Of a stretch of DNA of 64,000 nucleotides, positions 59,933 to 64,000 are shown piece after piece. The stretch is from Candidatus Coatesbacteria bacterium (GTDB taxonomy: Bacteria; JAFGND01). The stretch covers positions 1 through 64,000 of the forward strand of contig JAFGND010000044.1 of NCBI GenBank assembly GCA_016927185.1, given 5' to 3'. Numbering within the stretch: position 1 is the stretch's first letter; each line of letters opens with the position of its first letter. Made by a program: the position numbers and the translations under genes. The notes under the pieces are model-generated. The model ran no database searches, was not told where the DNA came from, and was given only the letters and a program-made list of their open reading frames with translations.

Positions 59933-62053
59933 TTATTTCTTTAGCTGATCTTTCTTATTTGTCTTGTTTTTTTCATCTTTTTTCCTGTCTGCATCTTTTC
60001 TTTTTTCCTTCAAATCCTTCTTCTGATCCTTCTTTTTATTATCATCCTTCCCTGATACATCTTCTTCCTCCTCATTCTCCTCATCTTCTTCCTCTTCACT
60101 TTTTCTCATATGCCTGAATTTCCTGGGAGGATCAGCAAATTCAAAATCGGAAAAATCAGATTCATCTGATATTTCTCCATTTCCCCCGTAAATCATCTCT
60201 TCAATCCTTGAGACGAATTCTTCATGATTAGGCCCCATTTCACCCCTGAGGAATTCCCGATAATAAGTGGAGGGTGATCTTATTATTGTTGCAAGCCATG
60301 CTGCCTCTGTAACGCTTATATACCATGGAGGTCTGCCAAAATACGTATAAGTTGCATCTTTTATGCCATATATGTTAGGTCCGAATTCTATGATATTGAA
60401 ATATATTTCTAGCATTCTTCTTTTCGGTATTTCATTCTCTATTGCAAAAGTCAGAAGAGCTTCCTGAAATTTGCGCTTGAAGGTTTTCTCCCTGTCCAGG
60501 TAAAGATTTTTCGCGAGTTGCATGCTTATTGTACTGGCACCTCTTGCAAATCTGCCAACCTTTGCATCATGTTTTATTGCCCTTTGTATATGTCTCAATG
60601 AAAAACCTTTATGACCAAAAAAACCTCCATCCTCACAAATCAATACTGCACGTACAAGATAGTCAGGCAAGTCATTTATTGATACGAATTTTTTCGATTT
60701 AGGTGATACCAAGATAGTTTTAATATATTCCCCATTTGCATATACTTCATGCTGGAAACTATCCCTAAGCTTGAGTATGGATGTATGAGGTGGTTCAGAG
60801 ATTATCTTGAAATCCTTTACATTTCCTGAAGGAGAGAATTCTATCTGATCAATGTCCAGTGGATTCCAGTTTACGTTCACCGCATAATCCAGCTCGCCAT
60901 TTACCTTGAAACCCTTGAGTTTCGGTATAAGTGATGCAGGTAAGCCATCAATCAAATCCTGTATTTTCTGGTGATGAATATATACTTTCATCTTTACAAT
61001 CGGGGAAGTCCTTGGATTGGAAAGACTCCCTTTTATCCTTGAACGGAAACTACCGAAAATTAAATCAGTATTGTTGAAATCAAGACTGTCTTGTTTTGGA
61101 AAATATCTTGATTCTGTGTTTATGCTGAATGTAATATTTTCCAGAGTATCGAGAGCTACGTATTTGTGATAAAAACCCCAGTCTACAAAATCAAGCCTTC
61201 CCTTGAAAAGAATATCTTTTGAATTTGGAAGATAATTGAATGTGAAGTCTCCCCCAAGACTTGTTGTCTGCTTCAGATATATATGCTTGGGAAGATATTG
61301 TGCAAATGCAAATATCGGTAGCGGGGGACTTTTGGCTATCATGCAAATAGTATCTGGTGTCACATGAATAGAGCTTTTGAATGGTTCCTTTTTTCCTGGC
61401 CACATGCCATTCAGGATAAGATCCAGCGAGCTGGTGTCTGTTTTATAACTGAAAGAGCCATTAAGATTTGAAACTCTCTGCATTATTTTGTAAATATAAT
61501 CATTATAGACAACCTGTCCCTGTTCTATATTTATCTCTGGAAGTTTCAATGCAGAAAGAAGGCTTTCTTTTCCAACAATACTGCTTTTCTGTTCCCTGAT
61601 TTTTCTCATTCTTCTAAATAATGATGATATATTCCATTCACCTTTCTCATTTCTTGCAAGATACAAACTTGGTTCAATCATTGTTATTCTGGTTATCTTG
61701 AATTTTTTGTCTGCAAAAGGATTTATGGAATAATCAAGCTCCACGCTTCCTATTTCAAGGATGGAATCCTCTTCCATGATAACCTTCAAGCTATCAATAA
61801 CAACCTGATTATCAAGAAAGTAGTTTTCTATTTTGGAATATCTTATTTTCATATCGAATCTTTTTTCAAGTGCCGGAAGAACCTTTTCTGCTGTTATTTT
61901 TTCAGTATAGTGATTTATCAAGGGCTCCATTACAAGGCAGGAAATAATTATAAACGATACAGGTATTAACATGACAAAGGCAATCCTTGTCAGTTTTTTC
62001 CTGTTGTTAGATATATACGTTCTTATATCATCAATAAAATCTTTTCTGAACAT
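59933..62053 (-). CDS. Monofunctional peptidoglycan transglycosylase (GT51) with AsmA-like N-terminal region
   Basis: EDGGFF.HKG, RGASTISMQLAKNL, RK.QE, LEIYFN.IEFG, YGI. N-terminal L.RN.KG.WN AsmA-like motif. Confidence 0.9.
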   Translation of the reverse strand: MFRKDFIDDIRTYISNNRKKLTRIAFVMLIPVSFIIISCLVMEPLINHYTEKITAEKVLPALEKRFDMKIRYSKIENYFLDNQVVIDSLKVIMEEDSILEIGSVELDYSINPFADKKFKITRITMIEPSLYLARNEKGEWNISSLFRRMRKIREQKSSIVGKESLLSALKLPEINIEQGQVVYNDYIYKIMQRVSNLNGSFSYKTDTSSLDLILNGMWPGKKEPFKSSIHVTPDTICMIAKSPPLPIFAFAQYLPKHIYLKQTTSLGGDFTFNYLPNSKDILFKGRLDFVDWGFYHKYVALDTLENITFSINTESRYFPKQDSLDFNNTDLIFGSFRSRIKGSLSNPRTSPIVKMKVYIHHQKIQDLIDGLPASLIPKLKGFKVNGELDYAVNVNWNPLDIDQIEFSPSGNVKDFKIISEPPHTSILKLRDSFQHEVYANGEYIKTILVSPKSKKFVSINDLPDYLVRAVLICEDGGFFGHKGFSLRHIQRAIKHDAKVGRFARGASTISMQLAKNLYLDREKTFKRKFQEALLTFAIENEIPKRRMLEIYFNIIEFGPNIYGIKDATYTYFGRPPWYISVTEAAWLATIIRSPSTYYREFLRGEMGPNHEEFVSRIEEMIYGGNGEISDESDFSDFEFADPPRKFRHMRKSEEEEDEENEEEEDVSGKDDNKKKDQKKDLKEKRKDADRKKDEKNKTNKKDQLKK

Positions 62054-62161
62054 CTATTAATGCTTTTTTGTAGAGAGATTAAGTATATTCAAATGTGTCA
62101 AGCATAATCATGAAACAGACGTTTTTTCTCGATCTTCAATTAAATAATATAAATACTGGGA

Positions 62162-62407
62162 CTAATTGCCTGTTTCTGTTTCCTGTTTCTGTTTCATATA
62201 GAAAATCGTTCCTGTTATCCCGGAAATAAGTCCAATGAAGAAACATATTGCAAGGGTTATGCTTACTGGATTTGACGCCTTCCAGAAAAGAAAATTCAAT
62301 AAAACATCATTAGTATTCTGGGCTATGAAAATAATCAGCAGAATTATGAGCATTAATGCAAATAGAAGATATATTTTCTCCTTGCCGGTTACGGAAAATT
62401 TCATCAT
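62162..62407 (-). CDS. LapA-family (DUF1049) small membrane protein
   Basis: IFIAQN...V.LNFLFW. Confidence 0.8.
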   Translation of the reverse strand: MMKFSVTGKEKIYLLFALMLIILLIIFIAQNTNDVLLNFLFWKASNPVSITLAICFFIGLISGITGTIFYMKQKQETETGN

Positions 62408-62619
62408 TTCTCCTTTCTTTCAATAGAATTCCTCTTGCTTTTTTTTAAAAAAAAGTCAAGATATTAATTCTGGAAAACATCAAACATTATCAAAACCTTA
62501 TTGGTTGAGATCATATACAATTATTAATGAAATTTTGTGTGATAATTATTGTATTATTTCAAGAAATGATATCAATATGAACTTGACAGAATTTTTACTA
62601 AAAAACACTGGATTGAACC

Positions 62620-63558
62620 ATGACTAATAAATCAACTCCTTTCATAGTAATAAGTGGTCCTACTGCATCAGGAAAATCAGAACTTGCATTAGCGCTTGCA
62701 GAGAAGTATAATGGTGAGATAATTTCTGCTGATTCCAGGCAGAATTATAAATTACTTGATATAGGAACAGCAAAACCCTCGAAAGATGAACTGAAAAGAG
62801 TCAAGCATCATCTTATTGATTTCCTTGATTTGAATGAGATTTACAGTGCTGGAAGATTTCTGAAAGATTCAAGAGCACTTATCAACTCTATTTCCTTGTC
62901 AGGCAAAGTGCCATTCATTGTTGGGGGAACAGGTTTTTATACAAAATCCTGTCTTGAAGGTCTTCCTGAGATACCGATAATTCCTGATGAAATAACAGGC
63001 AATCTCAAGAAAATCATAAAGGAGGAAGGTGTAAAAAACCTGTACAATGAGCTTATTGAGAAAGATCCTGCATATGCAAAAACAATTGCAAGCACTGATC
63101 ATATAAGGCTTGTAAGATCTCTGTCAGTAATAAGAACCACAGGAAAACCGTATAGCAGTTACAAGGTTGGAGATGGAGAAAGGATAAAGAGACCTTATTT
63201 TCATTTTCTTATTGATCCCCCTAAAGAAGTAGTGAAGCAAAGAATTGCCAAAAGAACAATTCAAATGATCAACTCAGGCTGGGTGGATGAAACAAGGAAG
63301 ATACTTGAAATGGGTTATCATGTTGATTGTCAGGGGCTTCAGACTATAGGTTACAAGGAAATAATTGAATATATTAAGGGAAAGATAACAATTGAGGAAG
63401 CTGAAAAAAAAATTATTACAATAACAGGTCAATATGCAAAAAGACAGCAGACCTTTTTTTCCACCCAGTTTAATGATGGTTTTGATTTGAAATTATGGCC
63501 AGCAGATATTTCTAAAATGATACCTATCCTTGATGGCTATTTAATGATAGAATATTAG
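62620..63558 (+). CDS. miaA: tRNA dimethylallyltransferase
   Basis: GPTASGKS, IISADSRQ.Y..LDIGTAKP, VGGTGFY, IGYKE, YAKRQ.T. Confidence 0.97.
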   Translation: MTNKSTPFIVISGPTASGKSELALALAEKYNGEIISADSRQNYKLLDIGTAKPSKDELKRVKHHLIDFLDLNEIYSAGRFLKDSRALINSISLSGKVPFIVGGTGFYTKSCLEGLPEIPIIPDEITGNLKKIIKEEGVKNLYNELIEKDPAYAKTIASTDHIRLVRSLSVIRTTGKPYSSYKVGDGERIKRPYFHFLIDPPKEVVKQRIAKRTIQMINSGWVDETRKILEMGYHVDCQGLQTIGYKEIIEYIKGKITIEEAEKKIITITGQYAKRQQTFFSTQFNDGFDLKLWPADISKMIPILDGYLMIEY

Positions 63559-63564
63559 GAAAAG

Positions 63565-64000
63565 ATGTTTTCATTATTCCGATTTCTTTTATTGCTAACG
63601 GATATTTTAACCTGGTTTATTGCATTCCTGATTGCATTTCTTATAAGAAGTCATCCATCAGTTGTCAGCATGTTCAATCTCAAGCCATGGCCATTGAATC
63701 CTTATCTTTACTTGAAGATGTTTCCTGTTGTCACTTTATATATTTTGCTTGGTTTCCTTATTTTCGATCTTTATCAGAACAGGAAGCCTCTCTTCATGCC
63801 TCTTGAAATCTCCAGAATTGTAAAGGCTTTGTTATTTGCGCTTGGACTATGGCTGGCAACACTCTTCTTTACATATTCTCATTATTATTCAAGATTCGTA
63901 ATAGGTTTGTCGTTCTTTCTTGGTGTTTTCTTCATGTGGATTGGCAGATATCTGCTTTTTCATCTAAATCCTTATCTTGTATCCAATTTCAATATGGATA
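63565..64000 (+). CDS. Partial membrane protein, probably the N-terminus of a polyprenyl-phosphate sugar transferase
   Basis: Open frame MFSLFRFLLLLTDIL...AFLIR...LY...YSRF runs off the window edge. Four-TM pattern typical of WcaJ/WbaP N-termini. Confidence 0.6.
   Translation, partial: MFSLFRFLLLLTDILTWFIAFLIAFLIRSHPSVVSMFNLKPWPLNPYLYLKMFPVVTLYILLGFLIFDLYQNRKPLFMPLEISRIVKALLFALGLWLATLFFTYSHYYSRFVIGLSFFLGVFFMWIGRYLLFHLNPYLVSNFNMD

Overview
AT-rich, densely packed chromosomal segment of a diderm bacterium. The Lpt genes, T9SS-type C-terminal sorting tails, a PorV-like barrel, a GWxTD protein and an archaeal-type ProRS suggest an anaerobic FCB-group or candidate-phylum organism (inference). Core genes: groES-groEL, comEC, tRNA-Val(TAC), tRNA-Asp(GTC), proS, transaldolase, lptC-lptA-lptB, lptD, lptE, rpiB, map, dnaA (not followed by dnaN), pgsA-like, hflX and miaA. 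Accessory genes: a secreted papain-family protease, an sAC-like cyclase-ATPase-TPR protein, Gly-Thr-linker lipoproteins, an orphan HTH-DNA methyltransferase, an orphan CheR and two radical SAM enzymes. I saw no CRISPR array, rRNA, integrase or transposase. Main leads: (1) an operon of two small lipoproteins sharing VxYGGPxM (possible radical-SAM 'splicease' substrates), followed by an ECF S-component and an exported Moco-fold protein; (2) a fused PlsA/Ger-type enzyme plus a B12 radical SAM-pgsA pair, suggesting ether or modified lipids; (3) a candidate oriC about 14 kb from dnaA; (4) MglA, PilT and an MsrP-like protein with altered catalytic residues; (5) a symmetric CIRCE-like operator variant; (6) two genes whose conserved N-termini lack a canonical start codon. 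All calls come from motif recognition by eye. No searches were run.
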